Positions 41,145 to 49,759 of a DNA stretch of 64,000 nucleotides are shown piece after piece; position 1 is the first letter of the stretch; each line of letters begins with the position of its first letter. The notes beneath the pieces are model-generated. The model worked only from the letters and a program-made list of their open reading frames with translations. It was not told the origin of the DNA and did not search any database. The stretch is taken from the NCBI RefSeq assembly GCF_014647475.1, contig NZ_BMPG01000007.1:4696-68695 (forward strand), given 5' to 3'. Position numbers and translations under genes: made by a program. The DNA is from Halocalculus aciditolerans. GTDB taxonomy: Archaea; Halobacteriota; Halobacteria; Halobacteriales; Halobacteriaceae.

Positions 41145-42425
41145 TTACTCGTGAGACGCGGTCGGGAGGACGCCGCCGCGGTGCGCGAGGAGGACGGTGA
41201 GGGCGACGACGGCGACGGCGACGGCGGCGACGCGGAAGATGCCGTCGTAGGAGAACCCGGCGGTGCGGAGGCCGCCGACGAGGACGCCGCCGCCGGCCTG
41301 GAAGAGCATCGTGACGGCGGAGTAGGCGGCGTAGGCGCTCGCGCGGTCGGCGTCCGGCAGGGAGTCGAGGAGGAAGGTGTCGACGGTCGGGAAGATGTGG
41401 TGGATGGCGTAGCCGACGACGACGGTGGCGGCGACGACGGCGTAGAGGCCGCGGGCGTAGGTGAAAGCGAAGAGCGAGCCGGCGAAGGCGGCGGGGACGC
41501 CGACGAGGAGGACGATGTAGGAGAGGCGGTCGGCGAGGCGGCCGGCGAACCAGAACGCGGGGATGCCGGCGGCGAACATCACGGTGAGAAGGGTGCGGGC
41601 GGTGGCGGCGTCGACGACGCGGGCGTCAGTGACGTAGGAGACGTAGAAGTTGAAGAAGCCGTTCCAGACGATGCCGGCGACGCTCATGACGAGGATGCCG
41701 GTGAGGACGAGCGGGAGGCGGCGGCGGGTCGCGCCGAGGAAGTCGCGGTCGCCGCGGCCGGCGGCGGGCATGCGGTCGGCGGCGACGGCGGCGCGCGAGG
41801 AGACCGCGAGCGCGGCAGTGCCGAGGAGGGCGGCGGCGGCGAGCAGCCAGAAGACGAGTCGCCAGTCGCCGACGCCGAGGACGACGCCGACGGCGAGCGG
41901 GGCGACGACGGCGGCGGACTGGCTCGCGGTGCCGTGGATGCCGATGACGCGGCCGACGCGGTCCGGGAAGAGCTCGCTCACGAGCGGGTTGCCGGCGATG
42001 AAGTAGACGCCGGAGGCGACGCCGACGAGGAACGCGCCGACGGCGACGGCAGTGACGCTCCCCGCCATCGCGGTGCCGGCGCTCGCGGCGGCGAGGAAGA
42101 CGCCGTCCGCGATGATGACGTGGTGGCGGTCGAAGCGCGTGAGGAGGTAGCCGGTCGGGAGGCGCGGGAGGGCGCTGCCGAGCCACGCGAGCGACGCGAT
42201 GACGCCGACGGTCGCGGCGTTCACGCCGAACGCCGTTTCGAAGGTGTCGAGGAGCGGTGCGAAGGTGATGCGGCCGAAGTTCACGAGGAAGACGACACCG
42301 CAGAGCGACCCGAACACGCGGAGTCGGCGGTCGTCGCTCTCGGTGGACTGAGACACGACCGCGAGTCGGACGGCGTCGGCCTTCAGCCTCTCGGTTCGAC
42401 ACCGCCACGAGCGTTTTACGTCCAC
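41145..42425 (-). CDS. MFS transporter
   Basis: Twelve TM segments and a 6+6 organisation. Confidence 0.85.
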   Translation of the reverse strand: MDVKRSWRCRTERLKADAVRLAVVSQSTESDDRRLRVFGSLCGVVFLVNFGRITFAPLLDTFETAFGVNAATVGVIASLAWLGSALPRLPTGYLLTRFDRHHVIIADGVFLAAASAGTAMAGSVTAVAVGAFLVGVASGVYFIAGNPLVSELFPDRVGRVIGIHGTASQSAAVVAPLAVGVVLGVGDWRLVFWLLAAAALLGTAALAVSSRAAVAADRMPAAGRGDRDFLGATRRRLPLVLTGILVMSVAGIVWNGFFNFYVSYVTDARVVDAATARTLLTVMFAAGIPAFWFAGRLADRLSYIVLLVGVPAAFAGSLFAFTYARGLYAVVAATVVVGYAIHHIFPTVDTFLLDSLPDADRASAYAAYSAVTMLFQAGGGVLVGGLRTAGFSYDGIFRVAAVAVAVVALTVLLAHRGGVLPTASHE

Positions 42426-42442
42426 TCTGCGTAGGCCGCGTC

Positions 42443-42613
42443 ATGGACTCTGTCCAGAAGGGGCTGCGAGGCGGCGCGCTGGAGAAGGACACCTACGACC
42501 GGCTGGTGTGTTCGGACTGCGGCGAGCAGTTGAAGACGAAGGCGATGCCGGACGAAGTCTACTCGGTGCGCGTCTGCCCGGAGTGCGGACTGGAGTGGCG
42601 GCAGTTAGGCTGA
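42443..42613 (+). CDS. small zinc-ribbon protein (56 aa)
   Basis: Encodes MDSVQKGLRGGALEKDTYDRLVCSDCGEQLKTKAMPDEVYSVRVCPECGLEWRQLG with CxxC...CxxC. The track omits it as under 60 aa. Confidence 0.45.
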   Translation: MDSVQKGLRGGALEKDTYDRLVCSDCGEQLKTKAMPDEVYSVRVCPECGLEWRQLG

Positions 42614-43486
42614 CCGGCGCGCGTCGACGGCGGCGCGATAGCCCTCGCGGAACGTCGGATACTGGAAGTCGTAGCCGCGCTCGTGGAGGCGGTGGTTCGA
42701 GCAGCGTTTGCTCGTGGTGACGCGGCGACACGCGGCCTCGGAGAGGTCGCCGTCGTCGAGGCGTTCTTCTTTCGTTCGTTTCGGCGGGCGCTGGCGGTCG
42801 CACTGGTCGGCGAGCCAGTCGGCGAACTCCCACTTCGAGACCGGTTCGTCGTCGACCGCGAGGAGGGTGTCGTCGCCGGGTTCGTCGAGCGCGAAGCGGA
42901 CGACGCCGGCGGCGTCATCGCGGTGAATCATGTTCAGGTAGCCCTCGGTGACGGGGCCGTCGAGGTAGCGGTCGAGCCGGTAGCGGTCGGGGCCGTAGAG
43001 GCCCGCGAACCGAACGACCGTGGGCGTCATGCCGTATTCGGCGGCGGAGCGCGCGACGTCCTCCGCCTCCGTGAGGACGCGCGTCTTCTCCGTCGTCGGC
43101 TCCAGCGGCGTGGACTCGTCCACCCAGTCGCCGCCGTGGTCGCCGTAGACGCCCGTACTGGAGGTGTAGACGAGGCGGTCGGGGGCGTCGTCGCGCGCGG
43201 CGAACGCGTCGACGGCGGTGCGGAGGCCGTCGACGTAGACCTCGCGGGCCGCCGCGGCGTCGCGGCCGCCGGAGCTCGCGATGAAGACGAGCGCGTCGAC
43301 GTCCGGCACGCGCGCGAGCGAGTCGGCGTCCGTCACGTCCGCCTGCACCGCGTCGATGCCGTGGGTTTCGAGCGTCTCGATGCCGTCGTCCGACCGGCGC
43401 ACGCCGACCGGGTGGTGGCCGGCGGCGTCGAGCTGGCGGGCGAGTTCGATGCCGACGTAGCCACAGCCGAGGATGGCGACGCGCAT
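42605..43486 (-). CDS. NAD-dependent epimerase/dehydratase family protein
   Basis: Opens with Rossmann MRVAILGCGYVG and has a YxxxK-like active-site region. Confidence 0.85.
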   Translation of the reverse strand: MRVAILGCGYVGIELARQLDAAGHHPVGVRRSDDGIETLETHGIDAVQADVTDADSLARVPDVDALVFIASSGGRDAAAAREVYVDGLRTAVDAFAARDDAPDRLVYTSSTGVYGDHGGDWVDESTPLEPTTEKTRVLTEAEDVARSAAEYGMTPTVVRFAGLYGPDRYRLDRYLDGPVTEGYLNMIHRDDAAGVVRFALDEPGDDTLLAVDDEPVSKWEFADWLADQCDRQRPPKRTKEERLDDGDLSEAACRRVTTSKRCSNHRLHERGYDFQYPTFREGYRAAVDARRSA

Positions 43487-43491
43487 CGGCG

Positions 43492-43920
43492 CTACCAGGG
43501 GTTCTCCGCGGCGAGGTGGTGAGTGATGCGCGCGTACTCGCCGATCGTCATCGGGTGGCGGCCTTCGACGCGCTGTTGGACTTCCTTCGCGTCGAGGTCG
43601 TCGTCGATGGCGGCGGCGAGCGACTCGACGTCGACGATGGCGGAGCTCATCTCCAACATCACGTGGTCCTGGACTTCGAGTTTGAGGGTTTCGGCGTCAG
43701 GCCAGTCGTCGGTGAGCGCGAGGATTTCGGCGGCCTCCGTGACCGTGATACCCGCCGACTCGCCCGCGCGGATGGCGTCGAGTCGGTCCGCGTCGATGCC
43801 GGTCTCGGCGGCCGCGGCGTCGACGCCGACGTCGTCGAGTACCGTCTCCAGCGTCGCTTCGTACTGGGCGCGGACGTCCGCGGGCGACGCCGCGTCCGCG
43901 TCAATCTGGTCGGTGAACAT
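43492..43920 (-). CDS. hypothetical acidic protein (142 aa)
   Basis: Trimmed to ATG 43920 (MFTDQIDAD); the upstream part of the track ORF is Arg/Pro-rich junk. Confidence 0.5.
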   Translation of the reverse strand: MFTDQIDADAASPADVRAQYEATLETVLDDVGVDAAAAETGIDADRLDAIRAGESAGITVTEAAEILALTDDWPDAETLKLEVQDHVMLEMSSAIVDVESLAAAIDDDLDAKEVQQRVEGRHPMTIGEYARITHHLAAENPW

Positions 43921-43954
43921 ACCCGGGCGTAGGCGGCGGAAGTAAAAGGGCCTT

Positions 43955-46768
43955 TCACCAGCCGGTCGAGCGTTCGTCGGCGTTCCCGTCGGTGTCGCCG
44001 ACGCCGCGCGGCCCGGGCGGGACGACCACGACGACGACGGTCGAGACCGAGAACGTGACCTCCTCGTTCCGGCCGACGACCTCTCGCGCGCCGTCGCCGT
44101 CCACGTCGACGCGCACGGTCTCGTTCTGCCGAACGTAGGTGAGCGAGTCGTTCCCGGGCGTGTGCGTGCGGGCGGTGACGGCGACGCGCTCGTAGCCGCC
44201 GCGGGCGGAGACCACCCAGGCGTTCGCGGTCGCGTACCAGTAGCCGGGAACGGGCGCGATGGGGAGGCCGGCGGGCAGTTGTGCGAGCCGCTGCTTGGCG
44301 GCGCGGCGCGCCGCGGCGTCGTCGAGTTTCTCGCCGAGCACGCGCTCGCCGGCGTCGGCGACGCGGTGGGCGGCTTCCCGCTTCGCCGCGTCGCCGATGC
44401 GGTTCGCGCCCTCCGCGGTGACTGCACTGAGAGCGGTCTGCGCGCTCCGTCGCGCGTCGGTGACGCGGCCGCCGGGCACGCGGCCGCGCGTCCGCCGCGC
44501 CTCGCGGAGCGCCACGCGGAGCGCGATGCGGAGCCCCGGAGCGTCCGCGCCGCGCGCCGCGGCCTCACGCGCGACCGTGGACGCGAGCGAGCCGTTCACC
44601 GCGGCGGTCGCCGTCACGGCTGGGCCATCGTACCGGGCGAACGCGGCGTCGACGGCCGCCCGACGAGCGTCCTCGGTGAGGGTTGTTCGGCGCGCGAGCG
44701 CGTCGACGAGCGGCGGCCGCAGTCGGTCGGTCGCGGCGGCGACGTCGGAGCGGAGCGCGGCGCGCCGCTCGCGCAGCGTCGCGTTACCGCGGACGCCGTC
44801 GAGCGCGCGGAGCGTGGTGACGGCGGAGGCGAGCGACGCGTCCGCGGGCGGGTCGGGAACGACGGCGTCGGCGACCGCGTCCCCGGCGTCCGCGTAGGGG
44901 ACGGTGAAGAGATTCGTGTTCCGCGTGGCGAGCGGGTAGCGGCCGTCGACGCGGCTCGTCGAGAGGTACGACGGCGTCCCTCGAACGGAGAGCACTGGGG
45001 AGTCCCCGGCAGAGGCGTTCGCGGTTCGCTCCGGTCGGGCGGTCGCGGCGGCGAGCGGCTGGTCGGCGTGAGCAGCGACGACGCGGCGCACGGCGTCGAA
45101 CCCGCCGGTTTCGCCGCGGAGACGCTCGACGACCGCGTCGAGGTAGGCGGCGCGGGCGGCGGTCGCGGCGCGCGCGTCGAGCGAGCGATACCGCGCCGGC
45201 GCGTCGACGAGCGCGGCTCGTTGCTCGGCGAGTCGGTCGGCGAGCCGACGGCGCGGATTCGCGTCGAGTCCCGCCCCGGGGGAGAGAGTCGTGGAGAGCG
45301 CCCGGGTGAGGCGGTCGTGGAGGCGCGTGACGTTCCGAACAGCCACTTTTCGGGCGTTCTCGGGGACGCTGAGGGGAACGGTCGCGGCGGTCGTGCTCGC
45401 GCCGCCGTCGGCGGCGCGGCGGGCGAGCGTGTCGACGCCGCCGCGCGCACGGACGACGGCGTTCGACGCGTCGCGGAGCAGACCGGTAGGCTGGTCGACG
45501 AGCGCTCGATCCGGCGCGCGGCCGTCGGGTGCGGCGCGGCCGACGACGGCGACGGTCACGAGGCTGGTCGTCGCGAGCGACGCGTTCCCGACTCGGCGGA
45601 CGGTCCGGACGCGTCGGTGGCGTGTCGCGAGGCGCACGAAGCCCCCGGGCGTGGCAACCGCGGGGCCGCGCTCTGCGGCCGTAACCCCGGCGCGCGCGGC
45701 GGTGGCGTTTACGCGACGGGTACTGAGTGTCGTCGCCGCGGTTTCGACGCGGATGCGGCCGCGGTAGGTGTCGCGGAAGACGCCGTCGAGGTCCTCGTCG
45801 AGGGCGAGAAACGCGCGGTCGGCGGTCGCGTTCACGTCGACGGAAACCGCCTTCTTCTCGCCAAGGAGCGTGCCGGCGGCGTCGCCGGGTAGGCCGGGTG
45901 AGGCGGGCGCGCCGCCGACAGCGCCAGCGCTCGGGCCGAGGAGGTCCTGCACGCCGGTTTCGACGGCGGCTCGGCGATACCGAGTGGTCGCGCGGGCGTC
46001 GGCGCGGCCGAGTGTCTCACGCTGGACGCCGAGAACGGCGGCGTTCGTCGTGACAGCGACGTGGCGGGTGGCGAGGACGTTCGCGACGGGCGCGCCGCCG
46101 TACTGCGCCCAGCCGCGGCCCCACGCGACGACGGTGGCGCGGGCGGTGAGGCGGCGACCGAGGCCGGGGCCGTCGAGCGGGCCGGCGTCGAGTCGCGCCG
46201 CGTAGTCGGCGACGCGGTCGTGGAGACCGAGCACGGGCGTGGCGACGGCGACGGTCACGGCGGTAGTTTCACGGGAGACGACGCGTCCGTCGCGGCGAAG
46301 CGTGAGTCGGAGGCCGGTGACGGTGACGTTCGTCCCGCCGTCGGCGCGCTCGGCGAGGTGGACGCGGCCGATGGCGCGTTCGGCGTCCGCGGGCGAGTCG
46401 ATGCCGGGGAGGGCGACGGTCGCCGTCACGTCGCCGCGGCGCGTGGTCGTGTTCGCGAGCGCGCGCCGGACGGCCGCGTAGGTCCGGAGGCGGAGGGCGT
46501 CCCGGAAGGCGTGGTCGGCGCGGAGGGCGTCGCCGTAGGGGCCGGCGGGCGCGACGACCGGGTGTGCGGCCGCCGCTCGCGCCGCGCGGGTCGCGCCGTC
46601 GGCGACGGCGAGGCGCGCGAGCACGGTGGCTTCGCGGGCGGCAGCGTCGGTGTCCGGCGTCGTGGCCTGTGGCGCGGCGAGGGAGACGTGGCTGGCGACG
46701 CCCGCGCTCGCGACGAGCAGGGCGACGCCGACGAGGGCGAGCGGGACGCGGCCGCGTTCGTCGGTCAC
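43955..46768 (-). CDS. large (937 aa) Ala/Arg/Thr-rich protein with N-terminal pilin-like hydrophobic segment; last gene of the Tad-like locus (TadG-like?)
   Basis: A GTG start overlaps the stop of the upstream pilin-like gene (GTGA). The N-terminus VTDERGRVPLALVGVALLVASAGVA is pilin-like, and the rest is low-complexity but continuous, with no internal stops over 2.8 kb. Confidence 0.5.
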   Translation of the reverse strand: MTDERGRVPLALVGVALLVASAGVASHVSLAAPQATTPDTDAAAREATVLARLAVADGATRAARAAAAHPVVAPAGPYGDALRADHAFRDALRLRTYAAVRRALANTTTRRGDVTATVALPGIDSPADAERAIGRVHLAERADGGTNVTVTGLRLTLRRDGRVVSRETTAVTVAVATPVLGLHDRVADYAARLDAGPLDGPGLGRRLTARATVVAWGRGWAQYGGAPVANVLATRHVAVTTNAAVLGVQRETLGRADARATTRYRRAAVETGVQDLLGPSAGAVGGAPASPGLPGDAAGTLLGEKKAVSVDVNATADRAFLALDEDLDGVFRDTYRGRIRVETAATTLSTRRVNATAARAGVTAAERGPAVATPGGFVRLATRHRRVRTVRRVGNASLATTSLVTVAVVGRAAPDGRAPDRALVDQPTGLLRDASNAVVRARGGVDTLARRAADGGASTTAATVPLSVPENARKVAVRNVTRLHDRLTRALSTTLSPGAGLDANPRRRLADRLAEQRAALVDAPARYRSLDARAATAARAAYLDAVVERLRGETGGFDAVRRVVAAHADQPLAAATARPERTANASAGDSPVLSVRGTPSYLSTSRVDGRYPLATRNTNLFTVPYADAGDAVADAVVPDPPADASLASAVTTLRALDGVRGNATLRERRAALRSDVAAATDRLRPPLVDALARRTTLTEDARRAAVDAAFARYDGPAVTATAAVNGSLASTVAREAAARGADAPGLRIALRVALREARRTRGRVPGGRVTDARRSAQTALSAVTAEGANRIGDAAKREAAHRVADAGERVLGEKLDDAAARRAAKQRLAQLPAGLPIAPVPGYWYATANAWVVSARGGYERVAVTARTHTPGNDSLTYVRQNETVRVDVDGDGAREVVGRNEEVTFSVSTVVVVVVPPGPRGVGDTDGNADERSTGW

Positions 46769-47193
46769 GGCGACCACGTCCGAACGACGAGGGTCGCGTC
46801 GGGCGCACCGGGGAGGGCGGCGGTGGCGGCGCGGACACGGTCGCCGTGCGGCGGCGGCCCGGCGGCGAGTACGCGCTGCCCGGTCGTGACGAGTGTAAGG
46901 TTCGCCCGCGGGACCGCCAGCCCGAGCGCGCGCTCCGCGGCGCGTGCCGCACACGCGGGCGGAGTTCGGTTGGCGGCGGCGCTGGCGAGGAGGTCGCCGA
47001 GCGGCGCGCGGACGCGGCCGGCGCGGCCGGTGCAGGAGACGTTCGCCGTCACGGGAAGAACGGCGTCGGCGACGCGGTGTGGCGACGGCGCGGGGTCACT
47101 AGGTGGCTGCGCGGCGACGAGCACGGCGATGGCAGCGGCGACGAGGAGGACGGCGAGGGCGGCGTCGAGCGGCGTGCTGACGGCGCGGCTCAC
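46765..47193 (-). CDS. pilin-like / pseudopilin-like small protein 3
   Basis: A GTG start overlaps the upstream stop (GTGA), and the N-terminal hydrophobic helix is DAALAVLLVAAAIAVLVA. Confidence 0.4.
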   Translation of the reverse strand: MSRAVSTPLDAALAVLLVAAAIAVLVAAQPPSDPAPSPHRVADAVLPVTANVSCTGRAGRVRAPLGDLLASAAANRTPPACAARAAERALGLAVPRANLTLVTTGQRVLAAGPPPHGDRVRAATAALPGAPDATLVVRTWSP

Positions 47194-47576
47194 GTCCACA
47201 CCACCACGCGGAGGCGGCCGAACGCGACCCGCCCGCCGGTGCGAACGGGGAGCGGACGCGCGGCGGCCGGCGCATCTCTCGGCGGGCGCGGCCCGACCGA
47301 CCACGCGCGGGTCGCCGCGCGGAGCGTGACGTTCAGCGAGAGACCCGCGGAGCGTTCGAGGTTCGCCAATTTCGCAGGTCGGGCGACGCCGCCCGCGGTG
47401 ATTTCGTCCGCGACGTGGTCGAGCGTGGCCGTCGGCTGCGCCGTCGCCTGTCCGGGGAGCGCGCGGCCGTAGACGGTGGCGTACGTGCCGACCGCGGCGA
47501 CGACGGCGAGGACGGCGACGAGCGCGGCGAGCGGCTCCGTCTGCGCGCTATCCGACGAGCGTCGCATCGACGTCAC
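47190..47576 (-). CDS. pilin-like / pseudopilin-like small protein 2
   Basis: N-terminus MTSMRRSSDSAQTEPLAALVAVLAVVAAVG pairs a short polar leader with a hydrophobic helix. Confidence 0.45.
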   Translation of the reverse strand: MTSMRRSSDSAQTEPLAALVAVLAVVAAVGTYATVYGRALPGQATAQPTATLDHVADEITAGGVARPAKLANLERSAGLSLNVTLRAATRAWSVGPRPPRDAPAAARPLPVRTGGRVAFGRLRVVVWT

Positions 47577-48018
47577 CCCAGGTGACGTGGCGGACGCGGA
47601 GGCGGTCGGTCGTCAGCCAGCCGCCGGCGCGGGTTCGAGCACGGGCGAGCGCTCGCTCGACGGCGTCGCGGAACGCGGCGGGCGTCTCGAAGACGTCCCG
47701 AACGTCTCGACCGGCGAGGACGGCCGCGAGCCGGCCGGACGCGGGGACGACGGGGCCGTAGCGGAGGGTGGCGGTCGCGGTGCCGCCGTCGGAGCGGAGG
47801 GAGAGCCGGGCGGGGTGGAGGCGGACGGCGTCGGCGCGGACGGGGAGCGTGCGACGCGTGGGATGGTCGCTGGCGGCGACGGCGTCGACGGCGCGGGCGA
47901 GCGCGGCGGCGTCGGGCGGCGGGGCGGTCGGAACGGCGAGAGCCGCGGCGAGGAGGACGGCCGTGACGGCGGTGAGAGCGACCCAGACGGGGAGCGTGTC
48001 GGCGGCGAGCGTCGGCAT
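47548..48018 (-). CDS. pilin-like / pseudopilin-like small protein 1
   Basis: Opens MPTLAADTLPVWVALTAVTAVLLAAALAV. This is the C-terminal part of junk track ORF 47548..49518; the real ATG is at 48018. Confidence 0.45.
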   Translation of the reverse strand: MPTLAADTLPVWVALTAVTAVLLAAALAVPTAPPPDAAALARAVDAVAASDHPTRRTLPVRADAVRLHPARLSLRSDGGTATATLRYGPVVPASGRLAAVLAGRDVRDVFETPAAFRDAVERALARARTRAGGWLTTDRLRVRHVTWGDVDATLVG

Positions 48019-48052
48019 ACGCCCGTATGGCCGCGGTATCGGGTAAAAAGGT

Positions 48053-49759
48053 TCAGACGAGGCGGCCGGTGGTGCAGAGCGTCGCGGGGAAGACGACGCT
48101 GGCGGCGAGGAGGCCGCGGCCGGCTGCGCCGGCGAGCGCGGTTCGGTCGAGCGGGCCGTCGAGGCCTGCGGCGAGCACGGGGAGGAGGGCGGCGAGCCAG
48201 AGGACGTACGCGCCGACGACGAGCGCGAGCGTGCCGACCGCGAAGGTCTCGGTGGGTGCGCCCGCGCTGGCGGCGGCGAGCGGGGTGCCGGCGGGCTGGC
48301 CGAGGCCGCGGACGCGACCGGCGAGCGCGACGGTTGCGCCGGCGATGCCGGGGGCGAAGAAGCGGCCGGTGGTGCGGAGCGTACCGGTGGTGTGGCCGAG
48401 TTCGGCGCGGAGGTCGGCGGCGAGTTCGTGGAGGCCGTGCCGGGCGTCGGCGTAGTCGCGGAGCACGCGGCCGCCGCGCGGGCCGGCGTCGGCGGCGGTG
48501 ACGAGGAGGCGTACGGTGCGAGCCACGCCGGGGAGCGCGTCGGTGGGGAGCGCGCCGTAGGGCCCCGAGACCGCGTCGGTGGGTGTGAGGGAGAGCGCGC
48601 GACGACGGGTGGCGGCGTCGGCGAAGACGTCGCCGGTCGAGCCGGGGACGGAGCCGGCGGCGGTGAGGGCGCGCTCGGGCGGGTCGCCGGCGACGAGTCG
48701 GGTGGCGGCGGCGGTGGTCGCGGCGGGGAGGCCGCGGGCGACGCGTTCGTAGCGGTCGCGTATCGCCTCGCGCGGCCGGGAGAACGCGAGGAGGCCGATG
48801 CCGAGGGCGAGGCCGACGCCGGTGACGGGGGCGGCGGTGGGGACGACGAGCCGGCAGGCGAGCGAGCCGGCAACGCCGGCGGCGAGACCGAGCGCGAGCG
48901 GACCTGCCGGAGAGTCGGGGACGTCCGGGTGGTCGGTGGGGACGCCGGGGGCGGGGAGGGCGAGGGGGCGGCGGGCGACGAGCCACGCGCTGGCGGCGGC
49001 GAGCGCGAGCGGGAGCGCGACGTCGTAGCAGAGAGCGAGCGCGCCGAGGGGAATGGTCGCGCCGGCGCTGGGGAGGACGGGGAGGACGCCGACGAGGGCG
49101 AGGGGGAGGACGACGCCGAAGGCGTAGACGCCCGAGACGGGGCCGTGGAGGGCGGCGGCGTAGTCGCCGAAGCGTTCGCGGGTGGCGCGGCGCGCGGCGG
49201 CGACGGCGGCGTCGAGGAGACGGTCGCGTTCCGCGGGCGGCGCGTCCGTCGCGGCGTCGAGGAGTGCGAGCGACCCGGCGAAGGCGGGGGAGCGGTCGGC
49301 GACGCGCTCGCGGAAGGCCCGCCAGCCCGCGACGGGGTCGCCGTGTGCGGCGGCGACGCAGCGAGTGAGTTCGCGGCCGAGCGGGCCGTCGCTCGCCGTG
49401 TCGACGGCGGCTTCGAGCGTGCCGTGGAGGGCGATTCCGAGGGTCGCGCGACAGACGAATCCGGGACCGTCACCGTCGGCGCGCGCTCGGTCGGCAGCGG
49501 CGAGGAGGCGCGGCCCACAGAGAACGGCGGCTGTCCCGCTCGCGCCGAGGAGGCAGACGACTGCGGCGAGGAGGGGTGCGAGGGGGGCGCAGGCGACGGT
49601 GAGCACCGCTGTGGCTGCGGCCGCGAGGATGGCGAGCGAGCGGAGCGTCCGACTCCCGGTCTCCCAGCCGACGCGGGCGAGCGCCGCGTCGAGTTCGCGG
49701 TCGCGGCCGGGGTCGATCGGGACGGCGGCCGCGAGCCGGCGGAAGGAACGGGAAGTCAC
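48053..49759 (-). CDS. type II secretion system F-domain membrane protein (TadC/FlaJ/PilC-like)
   Basis: Two repeats of a cytoplasmic helical domain plus TM bundle, 568 aa, with the start overlapping the ATPase stop. Confidence 0.7.
   Translation of the reverse strand: MTSRSFRRLAAAVPIDPGRDRELDAALARVGWETGSRTLRSLAILAAAATAVLTVACAPLAPLLAAVVCLLGASGTAAVLCGPRLLAAADRARADGDGPGFVCRATLGIALHGTLEAAVDTASDGPLGRELTRCVAAAHGDPVAGWRAFRERVADRSPAFAGSLALLDAATDAPPAERDRLLDAAVAAARRATRERFGDYAAALHGPVSGVYAFGVVLPLALVGVLPVLPSAGATIPLGALALCYDVALPLALAAASAWLVARRPLALPAPGVPTDHPDVPDSPAGPLALGLAAGVAGSLACRLVVPTAAPVTGVGLALGIGLLAFSRPREAIRDRYERVARGLPAATTAAATRLVAGDPPERALTAAGSVPGSTGDVFADAATRRRALSLTPTDAVSGPYGALPTDALPGVARTVRLLVTAADAGPRGGRVLRDYADARHGLHELAADLRAELGHTTGTLRTTGRFFAPGIAGATVALAGRVRGLGQPAGTPLAAASAGAPTETFAVGTLALVVGAYVLWLAALLPVLAAGLDGPLDRTALAGAAGRGLLAASVVFPATLCTTGRLV

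Noticed and set aside
39501-42434. 977-aa plus-strand ORF
   Set aside because: Gly/Asp/Glu/Arg low-complexity product antisense to four solid minus-strand genes (hypothetical, GT-A, MFS). Spurious.
47548-49518. 656-aa Pro/Ser/Ala/Thr-rich minus-strand ORF
   Set aside because: It is an out-of-frame read across the TadC-like gene. Only its C-terminal 156 aa (from ATG 48018) form a plausible pilin-like protein.
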